DNA of 64,000 bases, taken from the NCBI RefSeq assembly GCF_000150275.1, contig NW_002060943.1:574531-638530 (forward strand), written 5' to 3'. How positions within the stretch are numbered: position 1 is the stretch's first letter; every line of letters begins with the position of its first letter. This DNA is from Trichoplax adhaerens. Taxonomy: Eukaryota > Animalia > Placozoa. Below are positions 1 through 14,500 of the stretch, one piece after another. The position numbers were made by a program, and so were the translations under genes. The notes beneath the pieces were generated by a model. That model was not told the DNA's origin. It saw nothing but the letters and a program-made list of their open reading frames with translations, and did no database searches.

Positions 1-3000
1 CATCCACAGCAAATACTACAACAACGATAGTATCTCCAACTTCAGCAACGGCATCGGCAATAGCCAGTGCAACACAAGCAAGTAATCGAGCATCAGAACA
101 TCGTCGAAGGACTGAAGATATAACTAGGAGATTTAACGAGATTAAGAATGCTAATCGAGATAGCAAGTTAATGACAAAGGCCGCTAGCAATAATGCAAAT
201 CCTAATTTAAATACGAGTAATGAAGTAGTTAAAGCCACAAATGAACAAGCAGATAGCGATAGCAAAGTCAATTCTACTCATAAACATTCTAGAGTAGTTC
301 GTCAGGCTTCCTATCAGAATGGTCAGGAAGTTAAAAAATTACCGTTAACAAGAACCGATGGCTACTCATCCATAACCGTGCTAACTCAATCTGTTGATAG
401 TTCAAGTCAACGGCAGGAAATTGTAACTTCTGGTGCAACGAAAGTAGATAGTTCTGCCAATACTAATAACAACGCCAAACATGCTACCAGCCACAAGGAT
501 AGCCTTGCTAATGAACTTATCCACTCAAATGGTAACGGAAATCATGTTAATGACAAGATGAACAATATTATTGGTGATCATCTTCAATCTGCAAAATCAG
601 CTAATTCTCATAATAGCAATCATGCTACTGCTGATAGCAGTAATATCAATGTTAGTAATGATAAACCAAATTCGACTACAATTAAAATTGCATATAGCGA
701 TCAGTCTAGCTTTCATCATACGGATAATGCTATACCGGCAGTTAATGATAGCAAGGCCAACCAGAATACTCCCAATAATTTAAGTCATAGTCACCAGAAT
801 GAAGATCAGTCCAGCAGTAATGATAATCAAAATAATCAGAAACTTGGCTCGGTATCTAATAACACTAATTCAAATAGTACTATTAATAATAATAATTCTA
901 CCCTTACTAATAACAAGACTACATCAATACCTAAAATTGGTCGAAGTAGAAAATTACCCAGTATTGATTTAGCTGTTAAGAATGTATCTCCATCAAGACC
1001 GACATCATCGACAACTTCCATCTCTTCTGTTGCTTCCGATGGTATGGCTTTACCAACATCACCAATCGAATCTCCAGTTTCTCCTGTGTTTGTAACGCCA
1101 CCATCGACACCATTTGAAATAAAAGAGTCTTCCAATTTTACTTCTCCTTTAGCAATGATGGACAATTTTGAGATATCGGAAGTGGCTGCAGAGTCACGAA
1201 TTCAGAGTCCTCCATCCATAATGATCGAGTCTCATACTGGAGCATCCTCAGTATTTACTACTGCTCCATCATCGCCTGTTCAATCGCCTGGAGAAACATC
1301 AGCTCCAAGTCCACCAAATGTCCTAATAGAGCAAAATAAATTATCAGAAAGCGAGTCACTAGGAAATAATGAATATCCTAAATTACCAGCGCCACCACCA
1401 CCTACACCAGCTCAAGAATTATCATCAGCTCCAGTTTCCGATCAAGAGATCCAGAAACCAACATCGCCTGTTACTGATCAGGAGAGTCAGAAACCAACAT
1501 CTCCTGTTACTGATCTAGAAGAAGCGAAAACAACGGGTAAAATATCCAAATATGAAGTAGCTGATTTCTTTAGTCAATTTACATCGCAATCCAGTTTCCA
1601 GCTACGTTCCAAAAGGGCAAATAGTCTATCGTTAGCGACAGGAAGGGAAGAATCACCGAATGATGATGTGAAAGCACCAGAAAATCAACGAAGACGAATG
1701 ACCACAAGTGATCCTCGTTATATTGAAAGATTCAGAAATTTAAATAGGGATTCTTCAATAGAAAATAACCAAGAACGGATTGATGCAAAATCCACATCCA
1801 GTGATGATCATGAGGAAAAAGGTAGTGAACCGAAACAAACTTTACCTCGAATAATAATTACAGCACCAGATAGTGGCGATCGGAAGAAACGCCATAATAG
1901 AGCCATGAATCCGTATCATCGACGAAATCAAAAAGCTAAAAGTAAACGATCCAAAGAGCGACGGGAGAGAATAAGGCAAAATCGTGAAGACAAGCAAAGT
2001 AGTTTATCACCTACTAGTTCAGAAGATGAAAATAATCCGGCTAAGCAAAAAGACGTAACTAATTCCGTGTCAGCGGTAAATGCTCACTTTTTAAGTGTGG
2101 ATGATAGCGATTGGGTATCAGGCTGTTTAGGTAAAGATAGTGAATCGAGCTGTGATGAACATGATGAGAAAAAGAAAAAGAAAAAGGGTAGAAAGCATAA
2201 AAAAAGTAAATCCAATAAGGAATCCAAGAAGAAAACGAAAAAATCCAATCATAAGCATGAAGATTCTATTCCGCCTATGGATAAGGTTATTATATATTGT
2301 AAAATGTCATCAAACTACTTTGATAACTATAAAGACTTTATGAGTGTAAAAATTTCTAGAATAATTATTAACGGGTAGGATAGACGTTGGAGGATAGTAG
2401 AGAAATTAGTGCTGGTAATTCATTTCTTCTAAAGAAAATAAAGAGTAATTATTAATACGATCGTCGCATACGAAATAATTTAGAAATATTGTAATACGAG
2501 TATACGATTACTTTTAACCAATTCTTTTAGGCGCTATATTCTATATAATTATGTATAGTAATTCGAGCCACAATGTCCTAAAACTCTTTAGAGAACAAAA
2601 ATATAGTTTTTAATCAAGTGCATTATACATTTAATTCATATTCATTTTCATACTTTTTGAAAATGGTAAAATATTATAAAATAGTTTAGCTAATTCTTAA
2701 TGCTATATTTGTATGCTATATAATTTAGCAAAATTAATGCGACCACTTTTAGACAATTTTTGCTAGATATTACATTAAATGCAATATTTAGCAATTTAAC
2801 TACGGTATCCTACAATTTTCACAGACGCAGAAGTTTAACATACGCGTATAATGGATTGCATTAAATATTTATTTCTAAATCCTTATTTTGATGTCTTTAA
2901 ATATTCTATTAACATCAGAATGAAGAGGATGATATTATCATACAGGAAGAATTAGTGAAAATTGAAAATAATTCAGTGGCACCAGCTGAACACCCTGATG

Positions 3001-4253
3001 TATTCTTTGATTTTCAACTTAGTAGCTCAGTAATAAAATTATTAAAGCTACTGGTCAAAGAAGAAGACATAACTGGTAACACTAAAGTCTTTAATTTAAT
3101 TGAGACGAACTTGGCTGATGAGGAAGGCTTTTATCCTTTATTGGTAACTTTACAAAATCAGGTAATTGATTCTTAACATCGTGGGTATCATTGTTTATTT
3201 TTACATTTATCAGATCAAAAATATGGATTTAATATAGTAGAATATTAGTATTGGTAATATTAGCCATTTACTGTATATAGGCAAAATGTTTATCGATAAT
3301 CATTGTCCTCTTCCTGTGTAAATCTACCTTCGTTGGCTAGTATTGAATTATATAGGAAAGGAAAGCCGATATTAGTTTAATTGCTATTAGATAAGTTGCG
3401 ATAAATTAGCGTTAGTGCTTTTTAACCAGTCTCTTCATGATGACCTTACTAAATCTACTATAGACTAAAATTCTTGATCAATATTCTTGAATTGTTAATT
3501 GATATTCGATTTTTTTATACAGTATCAAGAAATTATCCAAGATCAAAATCATAACTTATCATTAGATAAGTATGACACAATCAAGGAACAGCTAGATTTA
3601 ATTAGCAATATTCGAGAGGCTACAGATAATTACATCGCCACGGATGGTATTAGCAACGAAATTGTCCAATTTCAAAAAGCAAAGAAAATTCAAGCTGAAC
3701 TGCAAGAGGTAATTATGATTGCCGGCGTTTAATAGAAGCCATTTATGCCTAGAAAATTGTACTTTACTTTAACTAAGACGTTCTAGTAGTGTAATTGACT
3801 ATATATCTACTTCATAAAGACATCGAATCTATCTATCAGCTTTTACAACACTAAAGTAATATATCAGTCACAGTCTACTTAATATCTTTTGCTAAACTAA
3901 CGTTACATATTAATTTATCGTATATAAATTTCAAGTTCTATTGATAGGCTACCAATTATGTGTCTTTGTTTATGTATAATATTCGACATTTTATTTATCT
4001 AGACTACTGGCTATTGCCATTTAAATAGTTTATCTATCTTGTTTATGACAAGTAGCAGCTTTATCTTTTACGAAGTGATTGGTTGATATAATTTATATAG
4101 TTTTATTTATTGTATGCTTTTCTCATAGTTTCTCTGTTTTATTCTTAGCTGTTAAACAGTTGTAGATATTATTTCCATGATAAGTGTCAAAATATTATTA
4201 CCGAAGTGATTGGCCATAGTCAGCTTCCAGCAGAATATTGTACACTATTATAA
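1..4253 (+). CDS. Large low-complexity protein with conserved C-terminal helical domain and CaaX (CTLL); paralogue A, 5' end outside window
   Basis: Frame is open from window start through ORF 171-2378. Hand-spliced exons: <1-2285 (AAG|gttatt), 2919-3161, 3523-3708, 4149-4253, all GT-AG and phase 0, ending ...HSQLPAEYCTLL*. The last three exons align with the neighbouring gene's exons 16791-17021, 17135-17320 and 17487-17582. Confidence 0.8.
1431..1520 (+). repeat. Coding 36-bp (12-aa) tandem repeat, PV(S/T)DQE(I/S)QKPTS x~2.5
   Basis: PVSDQEIQKPTS-PVTDQESQKPTS-PVTDLEE is visible in both protein and DNA. Confidence 0.75.
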
Positions 4254-7200
4254 CCAACCATGGCTCTTGCAAAGTAAGATATGGCTGCATTTATCCTACA
4301 AGATATTATTATTAGTAATAATCATGGTACCCACCCAACTCTAACATGTTAAGACACTACGGTAGTTGATAATTGGACATTGTTATCCCTCAATTGCATA
4401 TATCACTGATGAACTTCCTTCTCATCCTGTATATCACCTAGGACTAAGATAAACTAAATTAAATACTCGGACAATCTTATTTATTGCTATTATATAATTA
4501 TTACAAGGTTTTTAGGTGCATTTCTATTATCAAATGTTGCAGAACTGCAAAACATGAGGCTATCTGAAGCTTTCCATGGTGATTCATTTATAACAAGAAA
4601 TGAATTAACGGTAGTTCTAAGAAATCTAGATAGCAATATTATCTGAAATACCCATATGATTAATAGCGGTTGAAAGATGTAGACGATAATATTATCTGGC
4701 ATATCTACATTATTTTAAGTATGATCCTTGTACAAATATTCTAAATAGAGTAAGACGATCCTTGCCAGGCGTTACATTTTATGATTTCAACTATTAATCC
4801 ACTATAGTTAATCAATACTACACTTTACGTGCATCGCTGTTATTGATCACTTTCGCTATAATAGAATAAACGTGATATTTCAAAAAGCTATCAATCATCC
4901 ATTTAACTTGATCACATTACCCCATTAAAATCATTGTTAGTTTTACTTCATTAAGATATGATCAATAGCTGCATTTCTATCTGCTATACATGTAATAATG
5001 ATCTAGAAAAAAGCAGAATTTTTCAACCATGGATTGGTTTACTTAATAATGGAATAAACTTGTGGTACAAATATCTACCACAAACATCTACGTATTTGAT
5101 ACGTTCAAAGTGAAATTTCATGGTTGTATTTCATCTCATACTAGGCGCTATTTAGGCTTTAAGTTAATTATTTTCTCATTATTTACTTTTAAATGATTAA
5201 GCTAATATCACTGTTATACCTATGAGTACCATTTTGTATAATATTTGTAGAAAAGCAAATTTTGACAGTCGCTACGTAAAATATTCATTAGTAACAGAAG
5301 AGTTATTTCTGGGCCTATGTATATACCAATTGCAGGTCATTATTCTTGAATTAATTTATCTGAAACTAGCGATAATTTCCTACTACTATGTATTATTTTC
5401 GTTATAATACGTCAACAATTTTTAGCAACCTGCTTTTGCTTCTGTAATTGTGTGCGTTAAGCACATAATATTGTCCTGTAAAAAACTTTGGTAATATGTA
5501 TATGGTTTATAGGTACTGTTGATTACTAAATAGGCTTATGTTGATATTTTTAATTCGATTTGATATGTGGTAATAAATTCATCTTACGAGTTTATGCCAG
5601 AATAAAAAGATATTGCTTGGGTTTTGCTCTATTCAGTCTATATGCACGAACATATTGTAATTTTCATTCTTGTACTAACAGATACGGTACCTTGCTGAAG
5701 CAAGATCTAAAGTTTTATGCCGCTATCGTTCAATTTACTGTATGTAGAGATATTCAGAAAAGAGTAGCTTTAATATAGTGTAGAATTATTAGGAGAGTTA
5801 AGGCTACCTCTATATTATAATAAGATCGTAAGATTTTAAATTGTTCCATGATTATTTTATTCTCGTTCTGATATTGAAATAAAGTTTATTATTTTATGTC
5901 ATTATCGCTCAATTTATATTAGGAAGTAGAGAAATGAATAATTTTAATTTGCTGCAGCACAGGATCAAAAGAAGATCGTAAGGCTACCTAATTAATTATT
6001 TTAATCTCGCCCTGCCAGATACCGAAGCGTAGCGGTAGACTATAGTTTTACGTTATTCTCCTTCAATCAGGTATATGAAAAAATTCAGAAATAATTAATT
6101 TTAATCTATTACTATGTGGGATAATAAGAGAAATTGGGACTACCTACATATTATAAGATACGTATATAGGATGTTAATGGAATCCCTTATCTTACAAAGA
6201 TGATCATCCAATATTCTTCCGTGATCAGTGGCAATTACTGTAAATTGCATCATAAATTAAAGCATTTAAGAGCTTTGCTTTGGGCACTATACGTAAATTA
6301 CGGTGATATTGGGCGATGCTACGTGTGATTTATAATTAAGGCATTCATATCGAAAATTACACGACAAGGTATAGATTGAGATAAATTAAGAATATCTGCA
6401 CATATCCCAGAATTAAATTCAGAATTTTATCACGCTATTTACTTCATAATGTTACATGAATCCCGAAGATAAATCATTGCGGTATTAAGAAATAAGTATG
6501 GATAGTCTACTTCCAAAAATGAAAATGCAGAATTTAATTTTACCGCTATCGTTAAGTATGTAGTAATGAATCGTGACAATCTCCGGATTTTCATAAAACT
6601 AACACATTATCTATCGCTGACATGCCTATTGATAGCTGTCAGTAAATGACTAAAAATGTAGATATGCTATAAATTACGAATGAAAAAGGATTAAGTCAAG
6701 TTAACTTAGAACAGTGTTTCGTAAACATCGCATATAATTCTTTATCACGTTTAACGAATTGAGATGTAAGCGAAGCGTAATCTATCGCATTTACAAAATC
6801 TGCTTATAATCATTATCTATTAATCTATCCAACTCTTTTGATTTGCTTCAATTTTAATTTGGAAACCCGATAGGTATATCGATAATCTGCAAATAATTGA
6901 CTAGCGACTAATTTGTTCACATCTTTTCAATTGCTTAGATTTTGATATAGACTGAGAAAGCGAACAAACCATTAAATCCGCTTATAATTATTTAATCTGT
7001 CCAATTCTCTTTTACTGATCTAAATTTTAAAATGCGATAAAATGAACATATGTGCCTATGTTAACCTTGATATACTACCTGCACTCTCTAGTTATCGTTC
7101 CGTGATTAATTAACTGGAACGTATATCTAGCAGACGAATAGTCGTAAGTTAGATGTACAATAGGTATTGATACTACGCGATTTTATCCTATATCTCTTAT

Positions 7201-8366
7201 ATTTAACTAGGACGGCTAAGTTAGACGTGTAGAATATTGTAGCTTAGGTATAACAAAACAGTTGGTACAAAAATTACTAGTATAACCAATTACTTTAATA
7301 TAACAGTTGTTGCTATGTTTTCATCGGCTCTATAACATTTCTGGATGGTATTTTTTTGACAAATTATAACATTTCATTTAGGAAGAGCATATTAATTCAT
7401 GATTCGGTAATATCTCCGAGAATTATCTTGGGGAAATTTCATGACTTTATGAAGCAAATTTTAAGTTGAATATAGGATCCGTAATAGAGAAGAAAAATCT
7501 AGTATAATGAAAATACATAATACTGCGCCATTATAAATTATTTTTCAACGTATAATTTGTTTGTCTACTGTATATGTACAAATCAGTATTAAGATAGGAC
7601 AATCACGATCATAATTACTACCAGTATGATTCTCCTTATATCTACATTTTGCTGCGGTAATTGAAATTCAATAAATGGTGATATTTAGTCTTTCCTTTTT
7701 GTAAAATTACCTACATGAAGTACCACACGATTATCGTAAGATTTACTATAGTGTCAATGAATACTTTACTTCCCTACTGATTTTCATCTATGAACATACC
7801 AGTGGTTAGAATAGTTCAGTTATTTACTAATAGTGTTATATTATTTACTAGCAATTGTATTATTGAATTTCATGATCAGTCTCTTAGCAGTCCAGTTCTT
7901 TCCAACAGCAGGGCACTAACGCCTATTGTTCCCTTAAGCTATAATGGCGGACTGCCGCTGTGACTTGGTAGTTCCAATCCGATTATTATGAATTCTTCTT
8001 ATTTACTCACTACTCTAGCATTCATACTAAAACACCATCAAAACAAGATATTAAAGGCACTACAATCAAAATGATTTATTCATTTGACGTTATAATAATC
8101 AAGTTATTTTATGAAAACTGACAGTGGTATATACGACCGAGATTCAGGCATGTTGGAAACCCAAAAGGAAAAGATTTCGTCTTTGCTTCCAACGTATTTG
8201 CTATATAAGTAGACAAGTAGACTGAATAGTTTATTTGATGACTATTCCCATATTTTCCTATCAGAATTAACTTGAATCATTTTTCTTAAAGTATTTATTC
8301 TATGAAAGACTTGATTTATTTCTTTATTTAAATCTTTCATGATCATCTATTTGAAAAAGTTTATCC

Positions 8367-8517
8367 ATGTCAGATTATGATAAGATTCATTTTCGTGCCC
8401 CTACTCAATTGCGGAAATTACTAGTTGATTTCAGTTTACATTGCCTATATTATCAACCAAGCGATTTATACCAATTTGCTGCTTCTTATTTTCAACGGCA
8501 AGTCGAACACCAACAAG
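8367..8517 (+). CDS. Exon encoding RIIa D/D-like domain
   Basis: PTQLRKLLVDFSLHCLYYQPSDLYQFAASYFQR matches the RIIa/SPA17/CABYR/ROPN1 pattern P.gL..LL..F...vL..QP.Dl..FAa.YF. Donor CAAG|gtagga. Confidence 0.8.
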
Positions 8518-11500
8518 GTAGGACAGCAATAGTAGATGCTATTATACCTATATCGAAGAGAAGCGAATACTTATTGATTTGGTTAGGCTTAGAAAGGATA
8601 GTTTGGATTGAATTTGATATCTTGCTCGCCTTTTGGCACTAGAATAGTTACTGTATGAAAGGATGGATTATTTTAATTTTGGACTAATAATCTTAATTTT
8701 TATGATGATTGAATATACGCTAGGATTTATTATGATTGAATATTGATGACTGTGATAATATACTAGAATGATTTTGGTCACTTGTTGTCCTTCAATAACA
8801 AGATTGTTACATACGTGATTTTGGTTGTCTTTAGTTCATCTTGTTAGACCAACGGTATTTAAACGCATTCATTTTATTCATTATAAATTAGGAAATTGAA
8901 TAAGTAGCGTACAGTAGTTTAGGTAAAGAAATGTTAAAGAGTAATGGCGCTAAATTAGATTTCTATTTAGTCCTAGTTGTGATTGCACTGACAAGTTTAC
9001 GCTATATCAGTTTTCGTCCGCTTTGTTCGTAGACAATCATAGTGCTATTTTTTCTATTGCGGGTTTATTTAAGAGACGGTAGCAATTTTATATTGTTAGC
9101 CAACAATTACTGTCTATTTTTTATTCTATTCCTTTTTCATCTACACCCCAGTATAGCAACAGCGTGTTAAAAGTATGATGATGGGCTACAGTAACCCTAT
9201 TGGATTAATGGCTGTTCGTATTGCTTAGACTAATAGTGATGTTCAATACTTTTCGGCAAAGTTGTGAAACTGCGCGATCATATCTAATAGTCTACGCGAA
9301 GTTTCAATACTATGCTGGATATCAATTTAAACGGAGGATTGGATAGAAAGTAGTATTTAAAAAAATGTATCTACTAATTATATTACTGTACGTGAGTGGT
9401 GATTTACGCGTAGAAGAAAGAGTTAATAGTTGATATAAATAGTTGATATCAATATAAGTGATAGATTTTGATAGAAGATTGTCTGAAACTTATCATCATG
9501 TTGACTTGATATTTGCATAAGATACTGGATATCAATTTAGAATCATGTTGATTTAATAGAATAGTATCTACAACTTGCTGGTCATATCAACTGGATATTT
9601 GGATACTGTACGACATTTGATGTTGATTTAGATTAAAAAAAAATGTGAAATTAATGGAACATAAATTGGTTAAAACCACTTTGAACCTTTTCCAATTCTA
9701 CAAGAATATTCCATATAACTTAATTAAAATACAATTTAATACTCCTCTACCATACTCAGAATTTAAGAAACATATTAGTCTGTTATATAAAAACAGAACT
9801 TTACATAGCTGTCTGCTACTGCCTTTTACAAACAGAGTAGGAATCGGACAAGCACACTATTGCATTATGCTGGCCATCTTGATCCAAAATTACTTTATTA
9901 AGCATAAAAGACTATTCTACATCTCATCATCTTTACTCCATTCTACTGTTGCACTTTCAATACTTATTATTGCCATCATACCCCAAATTTACTATCTCTA
10001 ACGAAGAATTGGAAATATTACCGCCATTATGTAGAGACATGGAGTGCTTTTAAATTTTTGATCACGTACCATCTGAACAGAATATGATTTCGACGAGCGA
10101 TAGAGTAAACCTAATATTCTTTAGCCAAATGGAATCATTTTTCTTTCAATCATATTCTAGAATTGATAATATGGATAGACACGAATGATAGCCAACATAG
10201 TCTACCGTACTTTCTCCTATTTGAATAGTATAAATTGATTTGGCTGAGATACAGTAAGACAGAAACGATATTTTGATCGCTATTTTTCCATGGCATTTAT
10301 TTGGCAGTATCACTTAATATTGCCATTATTAACTAGTTTAAAGGCTGAAGGAATTCTATTAATGAACTGCTACCTATCGTATTTTATACTAACTTTTAGA
10401 GAAAAGTTCCATTGCCGACGGCAAAATATCGAAGCAAAATGGAACACTTTTCCCTGGGCAAAAGTGGAGAAAGGAACACAACATGTGGGCATTTCATTGC
10501 TACGTTCATAAGGATGCCAGACAAACCTTCTATGATGCCATGTATGAAAGTATTTTCAATCAGGAACTACTTATGCCTCACAGTATGGATGGATTTTACT
10601 CGTCGAAAATGACAGATATACCATTTAAAAGATATACTAGGGCAGTTTATCATGGTTATTCCCCTTTACCAGCAAATAGAGATTCATTAACACCAGTAGA
10701 AAGTAATGATATGGACGGGAACCGCTGCTATGTAAGTAGAGCTCCTATGTTCACAAAGCAAGATCATGATGGAACTATTCATGAAGGCAGTAATCAATAT
10801 CTTAAGGAAGTTTTCATAGAGAAAATTCAACAGAATATCAGTAAAGATGACGAAGAAGATCCTAATAGAAATGATCCCGTATTTCAAACTATCAGCCATC
10901 AAAACGGTGAAAGACATAATCAATATTTCTTGCTAACAGCAAGCAATACAGAGAAAAATGAGAATCAGCCATCTATTCAGAATAGACCAAAATCTCTTGA
11001 TTCGCATAAGGATATTGATCAGCAGAATGATATCCAAAGTTATGTCGACACAGATTTAAAAAGTAAATATCAAGCAGAAGCAGACCCTAAACAAAATAAA
11101 ATTCAAGATCTTACCGATACTGGAGAAGAATGTCAGTCTCTTATTGCGGCAAAGCCTACAACTAGAAGAGATGGAATTGAAATTGATAATGTTAAAATGA
11201 CGAATGAAATCGATCATTCCGATTGTAGTGATATTTCGGCAGTTAAAACCCCTGAAAAAACCACGAAGAAAATTCAAGAATCCTTTCAAATGGAGGAAAA
11301 TGAAGGAAAAGATCCTTTATCGAATAATACAAACAAGGAAATCAACGCTAAAGATTCGGCCAAGAATAAAACGAATACCAATACTGCAAAGAGAGTAGCA
11401 GCGAATGGACGGAAAACGCCATTTAAGGGCAGCCAAGGACATCGAAAAGTCAGCAACGAAGAGCCAATCTTGAAGAATCCAAAGCATCAAGGAAATCAAG

Positions 11501-14500
11501 ATGTCAAATTGCAGAGAAAGAAAGAGTATACGTCTAAGACGGTTGTTCCAGTTCAGAATGCTACCAGTAAATACAAAATCCCCAATAAATTGATCGATAG
11601 CAAGAGCAAGAAAGGAAGGCAAGATAGCGTTCAGTCCACCGATACTCTAACAACTCCATTGAATAAGAGAACTACCGGTGAAAAGGCTGAAGGAAAGAAA
11701 GAAAATCTTAAGGTAAAATGGCATAAAATCTATGAAAAAATTATTCAAATAGAAGAAGAAAAGACTTTACAAGACAAACCGAGAGAAAATACAGTTCATA
11801 AATTACCGCTGAAAAGACAAAACGGCACCGGGAAAACTCAAGGTGAGAATAAGCCAAGAAATTTATCTCTAAATGCAGGCAAGAAAGTGAATATCAAGGC
11901 ATTTGATCGAGAAATACAGCGAAAACAAGAACACTTGTCTAACAGGGAGAAAAAGCGAACGTTTAATAAAAACTATAAAAGTTTAAATCTTGAGAAAAGT
12001 CAAGATAATAACGCAAAGCAGTCTACCCCTGCAGTAGGTATAAGTAAGAATAATAATGAGAAAAAAACACTAGCTAGTAAAATAGCATTAACTAGTTCTC
12101 AGAAGCATCTTCAATCTAAATTAGAGAATAGTGATCGTCAGGCTGTATACCCTGTAAATGATCTTGAAAATACTGATAATGGCACAGAACATGATAGAGA
12201 AGAAGGAAATCTTTTAGAAAAGCCAAGTCATGTCTTGGAGGGAAGTGAAAGGGAGAACTATCGGAAAGAAGTTGTTCATGCTCACCCGTCTTCAAGTTCG
12301 TTGCTCTTGGAAGAAATAACGCAAAATGATGATATTCTATTACAAAATGAGGACAGAGAAGAAAGTGTGCGAGACTGTCCAGAAGTGGAGTCGGAGGAAA
12401 GTGAAAGGGAGAGCTATCGGAAAGATACTGTTCATGCTCACGCGTCTTCAAGTTCGTTGCTCTTGGAAGAAATAACGCAAAATGATGATACTCAATTACA
12501 AAATGGGGACAGAGAAGAAATTGTGCAAGGCTATCTAGAAGTGGAGTCGGAGGAAAATGAAAGGGAGAACTATCGGAAAGATGTTGTTCAAGCTCACGAG
12601 TCTTCAAGTTCGTTGCTCTTGGAAGAAATAACGCAAAATGACGATACGAGTATTCTATTGCAAAATGAGGACAGAAAAGAATCTGTGCGAGACTCTCTAG
12701 AAGTGGATACCCACAATTATGGAAGTAAGAATATCAATACCAATGATTCTAGCCAAGGCAGTGCATTGGAGAACACTTTCGAAAGCAGCCTTAAAGTGAA
12801 CGAAATACAAAATTTAGAGATGAAAGATAAGGGAAAAGAAGTTCTTCTTAACGTGCAAGATGACATCAAGTCAGAGCAACAACATCAATCGAATTCGTTC
12901 ATTCAGCCAGCGAAAGAGATCAATTTATTAGAGGCTAATGTAAACCATGATATCAAGCTTACTCCGCACGAAAATGAAACTTGTGTTTTGCCAAAATCTC
13001 AAGAAATTTCAAAGGTAGATGCTAAGCAGTATTTGACCATTTTAAATTCACTGAAACAAATCAACAAGACCGAACAAATCGATGAGAATAAGCCTAAATC
13101 GAAAGGAATGAAAAAGTTATCCTCTGTCTCAGGTAGTTCTATACTTCAAGAAGAAGAAGAAGACAGCATGACTCAGAAATCAAAAATGGTTAAAAAATTA
13201 CCTCATGTTCCAGTCAATTTAGAATCTAAAATGATGATGGAAAGACACAAGAAAGGTACCGGTATTGATAGGAGCCAAAATCGATTAAGTAACAAGAATG
13301 AGAATAAGTTGAAAAGTAAGGCAAATGTTGAGAATACTGCCAATGGAGGTCGTTTAGCCAAGCAGGCTAATGAGATTCTCAAAGCAAGAATTCGCACTTA
13401 TTCTGATGCTTCTCATTACAAGAAAAAGTCTACATCAGCTGGTAATGTTATGCCATCTAAAGTAGTTCAAAATAAAGATCACCCACCGAGTCATAATGAG
13501 ATGCTGCTATATATTAAGAATAAACTAATCAAGAAAGGAGAATCAATCGGTAGTAATAATCTACTGGATAAAAAGAATCCAAGTATCCATGATAACAAGA
13601 ACAGAAGCATAAATGGTGTCCAAAGTGCTAATGCGGATCAAAACTATTCCAATGGAGTAGAAAAATCGATCGGTAATCATTTCAAGAAGTCCGCAGTTAA
13701 CGATGAAACTGGAATACCAATCCGTGAAAAAGAGATAGTTAATTGTGCTCATGAAGTGATGGATGGCGAGAATTTTAATTCTAATAGTCCTAGCAATCCA
13801 AATGAACTAGCCACAATCTCCGTAATTGCAGAAACATCTAATTTAAAGAACTTAAATTCTACTTTAGCTGCAAGCGAAGATCAGCCAGGGATTATGAATA
13901 CTTTAAGCAACAATGATGGTCAAGATCAAGACAACTTACATCGCAATTTCGCAAAGGAGGACAGTACGAAGGTAGTAAACAATTTAGTTCAAACTATGGA
14001 TAAATCAGAGCAATTGATAGCGTTGATAAACAGCGATATTAGTACATTAGAGGATACCAGAAATCGGCCAGTAAAACATAATTCCTGTGTAGCAGATGTG
14101 AGAGATGCCGATAGCAATATTGCAATATCGCCAGTTGATCGCAATATCCCTATAATCCCCCTGGATAGTAAGAGTAATAAACTTGAAAGTACTCCAAAAG
14201 CAGATTTATTGCCAAAGTTTCTAGATTCGATCAAATTGACTACAGAACAGCTACCAAGTTATCAAGGCATTCACCATGGAGAATATCGCCTTGAACAGGA
14301 AAATCAGAAGCAAGTTCCAATGACGAGCTTCCATAAAAAGGATCTTTCAGAGAAATCGAGCTGCGATAGCTACAGCAATGGAACAGAACTATCCAAGGAA
14401 TTAATTCAATCTGCACCGGCAGATCCAGCATCAGCTGAGACAAAAAGCCACATGCCTTCTACGAACAATTGGATCGAGAATCTGCGAAATGCAAACATCG

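Noticed and set aside
571-2343. Short alternative-frame and antisense ORFs within the first large exon
   Set aside because: Shadows of the low-complexity coding frame; no independent motifs.
6790-9640. Weak two-copy duplications (~6796/6974 and ~9311/9521)
   Set aside because: Short, diverged and AT-rich, with no evident significance.
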